DNA from: an uncultured Chryseosolibacter sp.
GTDB lineage: Bacteria; Bacteroidota; Bacteroidia; Cytophagales; Cyclobacteriaceae
Assembly: GCA_966080355.1 (NCBI GenBank)
Contig: CBHROW010000001.1
Span: 1 to 45,713, forward strand
DNA: 45,713 nt
Reading direction: 5' to 3'
The notes beneath the pieces were generated by a model, which was not told where the DNA came from, made no database searches, and saw only the letters and a program-made list of their open reading frames with translations. Below, piece after piece: positions 18,873-27,945 of this stretch (positions are counted from its first letter, which is position 1; each line of letters opens with the position of its first letter). A program made the translations under genes and the position numbers.

Positions 18873-20786
18873 ATGGCAAAAGCTGCTTCATCTGGTCCCT
18901 CTATTGAATACAATGAGTCAAGCATCCGGTCGCTCGACTGGCGTGAGCACATCCGCCTTCGCCCCGGCATGTACATCGGTAAGCTTGGCGATGGTTCGTC
19001 AAAAGACGATGGTATTTACGTGCTCGTAAAAGAGGTTGTCGATAACTGTATCGATGAGCACATGATGGGCTATGGAAAACAGATCGATATAACGATCAAC
19101 GAGTCGCGGGTTGTTGTTCGCGATTACGGCCGCGGAATTCCGTTGGGAAAAGTTGTGGATGTAGTTTCGAAGATCAATACGGGAGCCAAATATGACTCAG
19201 GCGCATTTCAAAAATCCGTGGGATTGAACGGTGTGGGTACAAAAGCGGTGAACGCGTTGTCCAATTACTTCAAAGTGCAGGCTTTCCGCGATGGAGCAAC
19301 AAAACTCGCTGAATTCAAAAAAGGCATTTTGACGAACGATCAACGACAGGGCAAGACCGATGAGAAGAACGGAACCCTTGTCGAGTTCGAGCCCGATGAA
19401 ACCATGTTCAAGCATTACCACTTCATTCCGGAATATCTGGATGACCTGATGTGGAATTATGCGTTTCTCAATGCCGGCCTTACCATTAACTACAACGGGC
19501 GCAAGTTCTTTTCAAAAGACGGCTTGCTCGATCTGCTCAAGCAAAAGACCAATGCTGAAGAATTACGATATCCGATCATCCACGTTCGCGGGAACGATAT
19601 CGAATTCGCGCTTACGCATGGAAATCAATACGGTGAAGAATACTATTCATTCGTAAACGGTCAGAATACAACACAAGGCGGAACTCACCTGGCTGCATTC
19701 CGCGAAGGTCTCGTGAAAGGTATTCGCGAGGTGTGTAAGAAAGAGTACGATGCGGCCGACATTCGCGCATCCGTTATCGGAGCGATCGCTGTTCGCGTGC
19801 AGGAGCCTGTCTTCGAGTCACAGACGAAAACCAAACTGGGTTCGGTGAATATGGCTCCTGACGGGCCTTCCGTAAAGAACTATGTCGGTGACTTTGTTGC
19901 CAAAGAACTCGAGATCTTCCTGCATAAGAACCCTTCGGTAAAGGATGCGCTTGAGAAGCGGATCATCCAGTCGGAGCGCGAACGAAAAGAAATTGCAGGG
20001 ATCAAAAAGCTTGCTAACGAAAGAGCCAAGAAAGCCAATCTTCACAATCGGAAGCTTCGCGATTGCCGTTTCCATTTTGATGACAAGGACGAAAAAGGAG
20101 CTGCAAGCCAGATCTTCATAACAGAGGGCGACTCGGCATCCGGTTCGATCACGAAATCACGTGCTGTCGAAACGCAGGCGGTCTTCAGCTTGCGCGGAAA
20201 GCCATTGAATTGCTACGGTCTTACAAAAAAAGTTGTTTATGAGAACGAAGAATTCAACCTCCTTCAACACGCATTGAATATTGAAGATGGCCTTGATGGC
20301 TTGCGATACAACCAGGTGATCATCGCTACCGATGCAGACGTTGATGGCATGCACATCCGCCTATTGCTGATGACCTTCTTCCTCCAATTCTTCCCCGACC
20401 TCGTAAAAGCCGGCCATGTATTTATTCTAGAAACACCGTTGTTCCGTGTTCGCAATAAGAAAGACACGATCTATTGTTACAGCGAAGACGAAAAGCAGAA
20501 GGCCATGCAAACCCTTGGCGGGAAGGTGGAGATCACGCGATTCAAAGGTTTAGGTGAGATCTCGCCTGACGAATTCGGAAACTTCATCGGTGAAGACATC
20601 CGGCTTCAACCCGTTCTTCTCCACGACACGAACCTCCAGCACATCATGGAGTTTTACATGGGCAAGAACACCCCGGATCGCCAGGAATTCATTATCGATA
20701 ACCTGAGAATCGAATTGGATAAAGTAGAGAAAGGAGCGGAGGAGAAAGTGGACCTGGAGCAGCAGCCGGAAGATGCAGTTGCGTAG
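18873..20786 (+). CDS. parE: DNA topoisomerase IV subunit B
   Basis: [32 protein letters not shown] motifs EGDSA and TDADVDG, RFKGLGE; Bacteroidota ParE-type features (PLNC, QFFPDL). Confidence 0.9.
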   Translation: MAKAASSGPSIEYNESSIRSLDWREHIRLRPGMYIGKLGDGSSKDDGIYVLVKEVVDNCIDEHMMGYGKQIDITINESRVVVRDYGRGIPLGKVVDVVSKINTGAKYDSGAFQKSVGLNGVGTKAVNALSNYFKVQAFRDGATKLAEFKKGILTNDQRQGKTDEKNGTLVEFEPDETMFKHYHFIPEYLDDLMWNYAFLNAGLTINYNGRKFFSKDGLLDLLKQKTNAEELRYPIIHVRGNDIEFALTHGNQYGEEYYSFVNGQNTTQGGTHLAAFREGLVKGIREVCKKEYDAADIRASVIGAIAVRVQEPVFESQTKTKLGSVNMAPDGPSVKNYVGDFVAKELEIFLHKNPSVKDALEKRIIQSERERKEIAGIKKLANERAKKANLHNRKLRDCRFHFDDKDEKGAASQIFITEGDSASGSITKSRAVETQAVFSLRGKPLNCYGLTKKVVYENEEFNLLQHALNIEDGLDGLRYNQVIIATDADVDGMHIRLLLMTFFLQFFPDLVKAGHVFILETPLFRVRNKKDTIYCYSEDEKQKAMQTLGGKVEITRFKGLGEISPDEFGNFIGEDIRLQPVLLHDTNLQHIMEFYMGKNTPDRQEFIIDNLRIELDKVEKGAEEKVDLEQQPEDAVA

Positions 20787-20788
20787 AA

Positions 20789-20927
20789 GGCTACAAGCTT
20801 CAAGCCTCAAGCTCCAAGCTGAGTGGCGAGGAATTAGGAAGCATCGCACAGATGGAAGCTAGAATAATTGAAATGGCCGTTGAGCAGCACAGCGGGGCTT
20901 GTAGCTTGCAGCACGCAGCTTGAAGCC
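20789..20927. repeat. Inverted heptamer arrays between parE and parC
   Basis: GCTACAA GCTTCAA GCCTCAA GCTCCAA (20789-20820) and the reverse-oriented GCTTGTA GCTTGCA GCACGCA GCTTGAA (20896-20927); 24/32 complementary. Confidence 0.75.
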
Positions 20928-20965
20928 ATTAAAAGAGAAAGAAAGTAGAAAGACGCACCCTATAG

Positions 20966-23923
20966 ATGAGCAAAAAGAAAACCGGCAAGCCCACCATCAT
21001 CTCGACCAACGTTCAGCAGAATGGAAATGGAAACGGTGAGGCTGTCCATTCAGTCGCCCTTGACGGTCTTTATCAGAACTGGTTCCTGGATTATGCTTCA
21101 TATGTAATCCTCGAACGCGCAGTGCCCCGCATTGAAGACGGTTTCAAACCCGTTCAGCGCAGGATCATGCACTCGCTTAAAGAGATGGATGACGGAAGAT
21201 TTAACAAGGTCGCCAACGTCATCGGTCACTCCATGCAATATCACCCGCATGGTGACGCGTCCATCGGTGAAGCGATCGTCAACATCGGTCAAAAAGATCT
21301 GCTGATAGAAACACAGGGTAACTGGGGAGATATTCGCACCGGTGATAGTGCCGCTGCTCCACGTTACATCGAAGCACGGCTGTCAAAATTCGGCCTCGAG
21401 GTCGTCTTCAATCCGCAGACAACGGAATGGCAGCTGTCCTACGATGGAAGAAAAAAAGAGCCTGTAACACTGCCGGTAAAATTCCCGCTTTTGCTTTCGC
21501 AAGGTGTTGAGGGTATCGCTGTAGGTTTATCAACCAAAATCCTTCCTCACAACTTCAATGAACTGATCAAAGCCTCGATTGATGTATTGAAGGATAAGAA
21601 ACCAAAGATCTATCCCGACTTCCCGACAGGAGGTATTGCCGATTTTACCGAATACAATCAAGGTATGCGGGGCGGCAAGATCAAGGTTCGTGCTAAAATT
21701 GACATCATTGATAAAAAGACGCTGGTTATTAAAGAGATACCTTTCTCTACAACCACAACTTCTTTGATGGAATCCATCGTGAAGGCCAGCGAAAAAGGAC
21801 AGATCAAAGTGAAACAGGTGGTCGACAATACGGCAAAGGATGTTGAGATCGTGATTCACTTGCAGGCTGGTCAGTCGCCAGAGATTGCCATGGATGCGCT
21901 CTACGCTTTCACGGATTGTGAGATCAGCATATCGCCTAACGCCTGCGTGATCGTGGAAGACAAGCCGCAGTTCATGGGGGTTAACGATATCCTCAAGTAT
22001 AACACCCAGCAGACGGTCGACTTGCTCAAACGCGAGCTCGAGATCAGGAAAGCTGAGTTGATGGAAAAGATCCTCTTTTCATCACTGGAAAAGATATTCA
22101 TTGAAAACCGGATCTACCGCGATATCGAAGAAGCGAAGACCTGGGAGGACGTGATCGCCCGCATCGATAAAGGTTTGAAACCTCACAAGAAGAAATTCTA
22201 TCGTGAGATTACCACCGATGACATTGTAAGGTTGACGGAGATCAAGATCAAACGCATATCTCGTTACGATTCGTTCAAGGCTGACGAAATGCTGAAAGAC
22301 CTTGAAAGGGAACTCAAGGAAACGCAGCACAACCTTCGTCACCTGACTGACTATGCCATTGCTTACTTTCAAAAATTGCTGGAGAAATATGGCAAGGGGC
22401 GCGAGCGGAAAACGGAGATCAAGAGTTTCCAGTCGGTATCCGCTACAGAGGTTATTGCGTCCAACCAGAAATTGTACGTAAACAGGGCCGATGGTTTTGT
22501 TGGCTACGGATTGAAACGTGACGACAAAACGGAATACATCTGTGATTGTTCCGACCTCGATAACGTAATCGCCATACGCAAAGACGGCAAAGCGCTGGTG
22601 TCGAAGATCCAGGAGAAAGGTTTCATGGGTAAGGACATCATGTTTGTCGGTGTCTGGAAGAAAGGTGATGATCGCATGACCTATAACGTGATCTACTCAG
22701 ACGGAAAATCCGGTAAAACATTCGCCAAGCGTTTCAATTTACCTGGCGTGACCCGCGACAAAGAGTATGATCTGACACAGGGTCATCCGAATTCCAAACT
22801 TCATTACGTTTCGGGCAATGCCAACGGTGAAGCTGAGGTGGTTGAAGTAAAACTGAGCCCTGCGAGTACCGCGAGAAAGAAGATTTTCGAATATGATTTT
22901 TCTGAGCTCGAAGTGAAGGGTAGAAGCTCGCGCGGAAATACCATCACGCATTACCCGGTGCGCAAAGTTGATTTCCTGAAAGCAGGTGCATCGACCTTGA
23001 GCAAGATCGACCTGTGGTACGATGAAGCTGCCGGGCGACTCAATAAAGATGGTCGCGGAAGGAAGCTTGGTAAGTTTGATGGAGACGATCAGATCATCGC
23101 TTTCATGCGCAATGGATCTTACAAGATCACCAACTTCGACCTCTCTAACCGATACGATCCGGAGAAGACGATGCATGTGGAAAAATTCAATCCGAAGAAA
23201 ATTGTCTCTGCGGTGTATGTCGATGGTGAGAGCAAGCAATACATGGTGAAGCGATTCATGATCGAGACAAGTACAGCCGACAAGGAATTCGGTTTCATCT
23301 CTGAAGGGATCGGATCGCGCCTGGTTGTTGTTTCCACGGTTGAAAGCCCGGAGATTGAAATGGAGGTTCAGAAGGCGAAAGACAAGCCGAAGAAAATGGA
23401 AACGGTCAGCCTCGATGAGCTTGTGGATGTGAAAGGATGGAAGGCGCTGGGTAACAGGCTCTCGGAGTACAAGGTCACGAAAGTGAACCTGGTGCAAGAC
23501 GAAGACACAGGTCTTGCCAGTGAGGAGGACGAATCACAGGAGGTGACTGAATCGGATGAAGATTCTCAGTCGCCAAAAAAAAAAGCGCTCGAAACAATCC
23601 AGCCAGCAGACAACAAGTGGCTCGAGGACGGGGAGCAAGCAAACCTCTTCGCAGCCCCGGAAAAGCCAAAGTATCAAGTCCAGCAAAGACCAGAACCAAA
23701 GCCAAAAATCAAAGTCGAGCAGCAAAACCTCTTCGGGGAAAGGCGAAGCGAAAAAAGTGACGAAACTCCCATCGAAGAAAGCCAGAAAGCCGCAGGCCCA
23801 GAGGTCACAGAAGGGGCCGAAAGGGAAAGGCAGGAAGTAACTCCTAAGCCGCGGCCAGAGCCTAAGCCGAAAGATGGTGGCAAGTCGTTTGGCGTAGGGG
23901 AGACGATCGAGTTTGATATTTAA
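20966..23923 (+). CDS. parC: DNA topoisomerase IV subunit A with a long low-complexity C-terminal tail
   Basis: DGFKPVQRRI, YHPHGD, catalytic AAPRY, GIAVG; downstream of parE. Confidence 0.9.
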   Translation: MSKKKTGKPTIISTNVQQNGNGNGEAVHSVALDGLYQNWFLDYASYVILERAVPRIEDGFKPVQRRIMHSLKEMDDGRFNKVANVIGHSMQYHPHGDASIGEAIVNIGQKDLLIETQGNWGDIRTGDSAAAPRYIEARLSKFGLEVVFNPQTTEWQLSYDGRKKEPVTLPVKFPLLLSQGVEGIAVGLSTKILPHNFNELIKASIDVLKDKKPKIYPDFPTGGIADFTEYNQGMRGGKIKVRAKIDIIDKKTLVIKEIPFSTTTTSLMESIVKASEKGQIKVKQVVDNTAKDVEIVIHLQAGQSPEIAMDALYAFTDCEISISPNACVIVEDKPQFMGVNDILKYNTQQTVDLLKRELEIRKAELMEKILFSSLEKIFIENRIYRDIEEAKTWEDVIARIDKGLKPHKKKFYREITTDDIVRLTEIKIKRISRYDSFKADEMLKDLERELKETQHNLRHLTDYAIAYFQKLLEKYGKGRERKTEIKSFQSVSATEVIASNQKLYVNRADGFVGYGLKRDDKTEYICDCSDLDNVIAIRKDGKALVSKIQEKGFMGKDIMFVGVWKKGDDRMTYNVIYSDGKSGKTFAKRFNLPGVTRDKEYDLTQGHPNSKLHYVSGNANGEAEVVEVKLSPASTARKKIFEYDFSELEVKGRSSRGNTITHYPVRKVDFLKAGASTLSKIDLWYDEAAGRLNKDGRGRKLGKFDGDDQIIAFMRNGSYKITNFDLSNRYDPEKTMHVEKFNPKKIVSAVYVDGESKQYMVKRFMIETSTADKEFGFISEGIGSRLVVVSTVESPEIEMEVQKAKDKPKKMETVSLDELVDVKGWKALGNRLSEYKVTKVNLVQDEDTGLASEEDESQEVTESDEDSQSPKKKALETIQPADNKWLEDGEQANLFAAPEKPKYQVQQRPEPKPKIKVEQQNLFGERRSEKSDETPIEESQKAAGPEVTEGAERERQEVTPKPRPEPKPKDGGKSFGVGETIEFDI

Positions 23924-23990
23924 TTAATGGGTTCGAGATCCATCAACGCAATCAGCACGCGGTTGACCGCGCCAGCGGTCCCCTGTTGCT

Positions 23991-24201
23991 AAGTCGAGCA
24001 GCAAAACCTCTTCGGGGAAAGTCGAAGCGAAAAAAGTGACGAAACTCCCATCGAAGAAAGCCAGAAAGCCGCAGGCCTGAGGTCACCGAAGGGGCCGAAA
24101 TGGAAAGGCAGGAAGTAACTCCTAAGCTGCGGCCAGAGCCTAAGCCGAAAGATGGTGGTAAGTCGTTTGGCGTAGGGGAGACGATTGAGTTTGATATTTA
24201 A
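23991..24201 (+). pseudogene. Degenerate direct-repeat copy of the last 212 bp of parC
   Basis: Matches 23712-23923 including the stop codon, with about 7 substitutions and a 1 bp deletion; no start codon. Confidence 0.9.
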
Positions 24202-24438
24202 CAGTAGGCAGTAGGCAAATGGAGTAAAAAACTCATCATGAGTTTCAGCGAGATCTTCACTTTACTCGTCTAATTCCTAATGCCCCATGGCTGATTCCCG
24301 ATTCCGATAAGCAAAATCTTCAATTTACGTTCCCCTTAGTACGAAGTTGCATTAACCTTCGCTCTTCACCATTTCGGTTACAAACGCAACCTAGTGATGC
24401 CTTGCTGAGTTCTATACGGCTAATAACCCCGTTAAACA

Positions 24439-25317
24439 ATGAAAGAGTCGCTGCGAATCGTAACGACCGATAGCTATGTATTGAATGCTAATCGTTTTTC
24501 TCCCGATCAACCCAACGATAAAGTTGTGCTGATCAACTCAGCCACAGGCGTAAAACAGAAATACTACTTCGATTTTGCTTCGTTCCTTTCTGAGCAAGGT
24601 TTTACTGTTTACACGTATGATTATCGCGGTGTAGGAGAATCACGTCCAAAAAGTTTGCGCGGCTTCAGTGCATCAATGAAAGACTGGGGTTCGCGCGATT
24701 ATCATTCGATGCTGCACAATATCTTACAAAGCCATCGCGAGTCGAAGGTAATCGTGATCGGGCATAGTGTTGGCGGACAACTTGCCGGTTTTTCTGGACT
24801 GTCAAAAAAAGTAGATGCATTTTTGATGGTCGGCTCTCAAACGCCATTCATCGGAAATTTCTCTGGAAGTCTGCGCAAACTCAAGCTTACGTTTTTCTGG
24901 AATTTGCTTTTGCCGATCTCTACTGCGATAGCTGGATATTTTCCTGCGAAGAAATTCGGATTGTTCGAAGATCTTCCACGAGGCGTTGCATTGCAATGGG
25001 CGAGATGGGCAAAAACTGATCGATATGTTTTTGAAGAATCACCTGAGGATGAACCGGGATTTCATGCGCTTACCCCTCCGGCACTCATGATCAGCTTTTC
25101 CGATGATGACATAGCGCCTCCGTTGGCCGTTAAAGACCTGATGAAGCACTACGCCAATCTGAAGTGGAGTCACTGGCAGCTTAAGCCAGAAGAGGTGATG
25201 CAAAAATCAATCGGGCATTTTGGGTACTTCAGAAAGAACATGCGCGATAGCCTTTGGAATGAGTCGGTCCAATGGCTTCAGAAAGTCACGCGGCCTTCAT
25301 CGCGCAAAGCCGCATGA
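24439..25317 (+). CDS. Alpha/beta-fold hydrolase
   Basis: YDYRGVGES, nucleophile elbow GHSVGG, FSDDDIAP, IGHFGYF. Confidence 0.88.
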   Translation: MKESLRIVTTDSYVLNANRFSPDQPNDKVVLINSATGVKQKYYFDFASFLSEQGFTVYTYDYRGVGESRPKSLRGFSASMKDWGSRDYHSMLHNILQSHRESKVIVIGHSVGGQLAGFSGLSKKVDAFLMVGSQTPFIGNFSGSLRKLKLTFFWNLLLPISTAIAGYFPAKKFGLFEDLPRGVALQWARWAKTDRYVFEESPEDEPGFHALTPPALMISFSDDDIAPPLAVKDLMKHYANLKWSHWQLKPEEVMQKSIGHFGYFRKNMRDSLWNESVQWLQKVTRPSSRKAA

Positions 25318-25362
25318 CCGGCTGAGCTTTGATCTGTTCTATGGGATTCCTAAATTAGGATC

Positions 25363-26037
25363 GTGAAGTCCCCACTCTGTGTTTGCTTTTTGCTTGGAGT
25401 AGCGTGTTCGCTGGCGACAGCGCAGGATGCTGACATGCTTGCATCTGGCAAAGTAACCGATGCCAGGACCAACAAAGGCATTCGCGCTGTGATCCACTAC
25501 AGCAGCATTCCGACTGGAAGCATTCACGGAAATTTTGATGACAGCACTTTTTCGTTTCAGATCTTCGGCACCGCTCGCTACCAGATCACTGCCGAAGCAA
25601 AAGGATACAATCCGAAGACAGTAATTGTTGATCCGAAAGACATTGACGGAGACAAAAGGCTGGTACGCGACATTAAGCTCGTTCCTTCAAGCGAAACCAT
25701 TCGCCTCAATCATTTGATCTTCGCGCAAGGCAAAGCTGAAATTGAAGCAGAGTCATTTCAGGAGCTCGATGAAATTGCGGTGATGATGCAGGAAAATCCG
25801 AAGATCGTCATTCAACTCGAAGGTCATACAGACAATGTAGGATCTCCCGAAGCCAATGTGAAGTTGTCACAGGAGCGTGTTGAGGCCGTGAAGAAATATC
25901 TCGTGACGAAAGGCATTTCAAAATCACGCGTGAAGACAAAGGCGTTCGGGGGGGCTCAACCTCTACGAAACGAAATGACACCTGAAGCGCGAGCTCTCAA
26001 TAGGAGAGTAGAAATGAGAATTCTGAAAGACAAGTGA
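25363..26037 (+). CDS. OmpA-family peptidoglycan-binding protein with an N-terminal carboxypeptidase-regulatory-like domain
   Basis: Signal peptide (ATA|Q), GKVTDA..AKGY, LEGHTD, LSQER, NRRVE; GTG start. Confidence 0.88.
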   Translation: MKSPLCVCFLLGVACSLATAQDADMLASGKVTDARTNKGIRAVIHYSSIPTGSIHGNFDDSTFSFQIFGTARYQITAEAKGYNPKTVIVDPKDIDGDKRLVRDIKLVPSSETIRLNHLIFAQGKAEIEAESFQELDEIAVMMQENPKIVIQLEGHTDNVGSPEANVKLSQERVEAVKKYLVTKGISKSRVKTKAFGGAQPLRNEMTPEARALNRRVEMRILKDK

Positions 26038-26174
26038 AATCAGGTACCGGGTTGCGGTTGGCCGGGAACCAAAAAAGTACTCAAGATTCATCCTTGCAGC
26101 TGTGATCGATTTAAGAACGGATTTATCACGATCTGGTATCCGGCTTCCTGACAACCCGGCATCTGCGTTCCCAG

Positions 26175-26963
26175 CTACGGTCTTTGGCCTATTCCACTCA
26201 CAGCAGTTGGAAATGCGTTCTTAGCAAACACCGACTGCTCCACTTCCCAAGCTGCCCAATGTTGTTGAAGGATCTCGATCTCGTCATGTAAACATGGATA
26301 GAACGCGGCTTTTGATTTTGGCACGGTGGGAAGTAAGCCTTTGGATAATTGCATTGTGGTCAATCCTCCGCTCCATTCAAAATGAGCAGGATCATAGGGA
26401 GCTCTCCAGCGGCCGCCCCAACGCAACCCCAGCCGTTCCCCGATTACTCCGATTTTTCGCCACAGCACTGTGTTGTCCCAAACGGCTTTGCCATCCACAA
26501 TTGGAACGAGGTCAACCGCCATGCCATATTGATGTTTCGAGTTGCCGCCTTTCGAGCGCGTATATTTTCGGCCCATTCCAAAATACTCCGCTTGTTTTGC
26601 ATGTGTCCGGAATGACTCCACCACCACGAGCTCGATACCTTGCTTCTTTGCAACTTCCATGAGCTCCTGAATACGATCCCGGAAATAAGGATGAAGAGCG
26701 TTAAGGTCAGTGATCATGGGAATACTCCCGCGATCTTTTCCATAAGTATAGTTTTCAACTGTAGCCCAAGCTCTCCATGTCGGTTCTTCATTGGCATGAT
26801 CGATTTCTTCGGCTGTGCTTTCTTCTTCAACAGAGGTTGTATCGAAAAGTGGTTGCTCGTTCAGCAACGTTGCGATATAGGTGTGATGCTCCTGGGCAAC
26901 AACCAGCTTTGAGGTAAAACAAGAAGCCAGTACAACGAATGTACAGGTTAGGAATTTTCTCAT
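26175..26963 (-). CDS. M15-family Zn peptidase (L-Ala-D-Glu endopeptidase-like), exported
   Basis: ESFRT...Q, SKHQYGMAVD (SxHxxGxAxD), WGGRW, DPAHFE; signal peptide VVA|Q; ATG 26963. Confidence 0.87.
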   Translation of the reverse strand: MRKFLTCTFVVLASCFTSKLVVAQEHHTYIATLLNEQPLFDTTSVEEESTAEEIDHANEEPTWRAWATVENYTYGKDRGSIPMITDLNALHPYFRDRIQELMEVAKKQGIELVVVESFRTHAKQAEYFGMGRKYTRSKGGNSKHQYGMAVDLVPIVDGKAVWDNTVLWRKIGVIGERLGLRWGGRWRAPYDPAHFEWSGGLTTMQLSKGLLPTVPKSKAAFYPCLHDEIEILQQHWAAWEVEQSVFAKNAFPTAVSGIGQRP

Positions 26964-27093
26964 TACTAACAATAAACAGTCTTAAGGATCTATAAAGTTT
27001 AATTTCTGGCGCAGCCTAAAAAATAAAACAGAACTCCTACGCCTGAAAGCAGCAAAAAAATTGGGATTAAAGCCGGTGCCACTTCCGAGGGTG

Positions 27094-27101
27094 CAAAGAT
27101 A
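27094..27101 (-). promoter_or_regulatory. Bacteroidota -7 box for the M15 peptidase gene
   Basis: TATCTTTG on the minus strand, about 130 nt upstream of the ATG. Confidence 0.45.
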
Positions 27102-27190
27102 ACAAAATCAATCGATTGGAGAAAAAATCGTTATGGCCGCTGGCTCGTAAGAATATTGATTAACTTGAGGAAACTTAACCTGGACCCCAC

Positions 27191-27922
27191 ATGAATCGGC
27201 TGGCTTTAGTCTTCGTGCTGGTGACGCCTGTGATCCTGCACGCTCAAAAAGTGCAGATCGAACGGGTGGAACTGGCCAAAGAAAAGATCATCGTGCATTA
27301 TGACCTCGATGATTCCAATCCCAACAACGAATATCAGCTCAATCTCTACGCTTCAAAAGACAACTACACTGTACCCATGACCCAAGTGAAAGGTGACGTG
27401 GGCAATGAGATCAAACCCGGTGTTGGAAAAAAAATCGAATGGAACATCAATGATGAATTTGGCGACTTCGCAGGCGATCTTGCCCTGGAGGTGCGTGGCA
27501 GAGTGTTCGTCATGTTTGCCAAGCTTCAGGGGTTTGACACTGAAAAGGGTTATAAACGCGGTAAGACGTATCCGCTGAACTGGAAGCCCGGCAACACCAA
27601 TCCCATTCATATCGAGTTGTTCAAAGGCAGCGAGCGGTTAGTCGGTGAGCTCAACCATCCGAACAATGGAAGCTATTTGTTAACGATGCCTTCACATGCA
27701 CAGCGCGGAGATGACTATCGTATACGCATTACTGATTCAAAAAGACCTGATGAGTCAATTTATTCCGGATTTTTCAGCATCAAGCCACGAGTTCCGCTGT
27801 TATTTAAAACTGCAGGTGGTGCCGCAGTTCTAGGTGGGATCGTTTTTCTCGGGACCGTGCTTTCAGGCTCGAAAGATGAAGGAAGTCAACCCGATCCGCC
27901 AGGGCTTCCTGATGAAAATTAA
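27191..27922 (+). CDS. Exported two-domain beta protein with a C-terminal hydrophobic and Pro-rich tail (partner A1)
   Basis: Signal peptide LHA|Q, two beta-rich domains (YDL..LYAS..GDVG..IKPG..KIEW; GKTYPLNW..IELFKG..GDDYRIRITD), Gly-rich hydrophobic helix, PDPP tail; paralog at 34923. Confidence 0.85.
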   Translation: MNRLALVFVLVTPVILHAQKVQIERVELAKEKIIVHYDLDDSNPNNEYQLNLYASKDNYTVPMTQVKGDVGNEIKPGVGKKIEWNINDEFGDFAGDLALEVRGRVFVMFAKLQGFDTEKGYKRGKTYPLNWKPGNTNPIHIELFKGSERLVGELNHPNNGSYLLTMPSHAQRGDDYRIRITDSKRPDESIYSGFFSIKPRVPLLFKTAGGAAVLGGIVFLGTVLSGSKDEGSQPDPPGLPDEN

Positions 27923-27945
27923 ACCGAAGCAAACTCCGAACCCCC

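Noticed and set aside
21240-21270. HGDAS instead of HGDS at the ParC quinolone-resistance position
   Set aside because: To my knowledge this is the usual Bacteroidota ParC sequence, so it is not evidence of acquired resistance.
22739-23497. 252 aa antisense ORF in parC
   Set aside because: Shadow ORF opposite a conserved essential gene.
23712-24201. CRISPR array or intact mobile element
   Set aside because: Only two long copies of coding sequence; no repeat-spacer periodicity, and no cas, integrase or transposase gene in the window.
26964-27093. Possible riboswitch in the long M15 peptidase leader
   Set aside because: No convincing stems or known aptamer motif found by eye.
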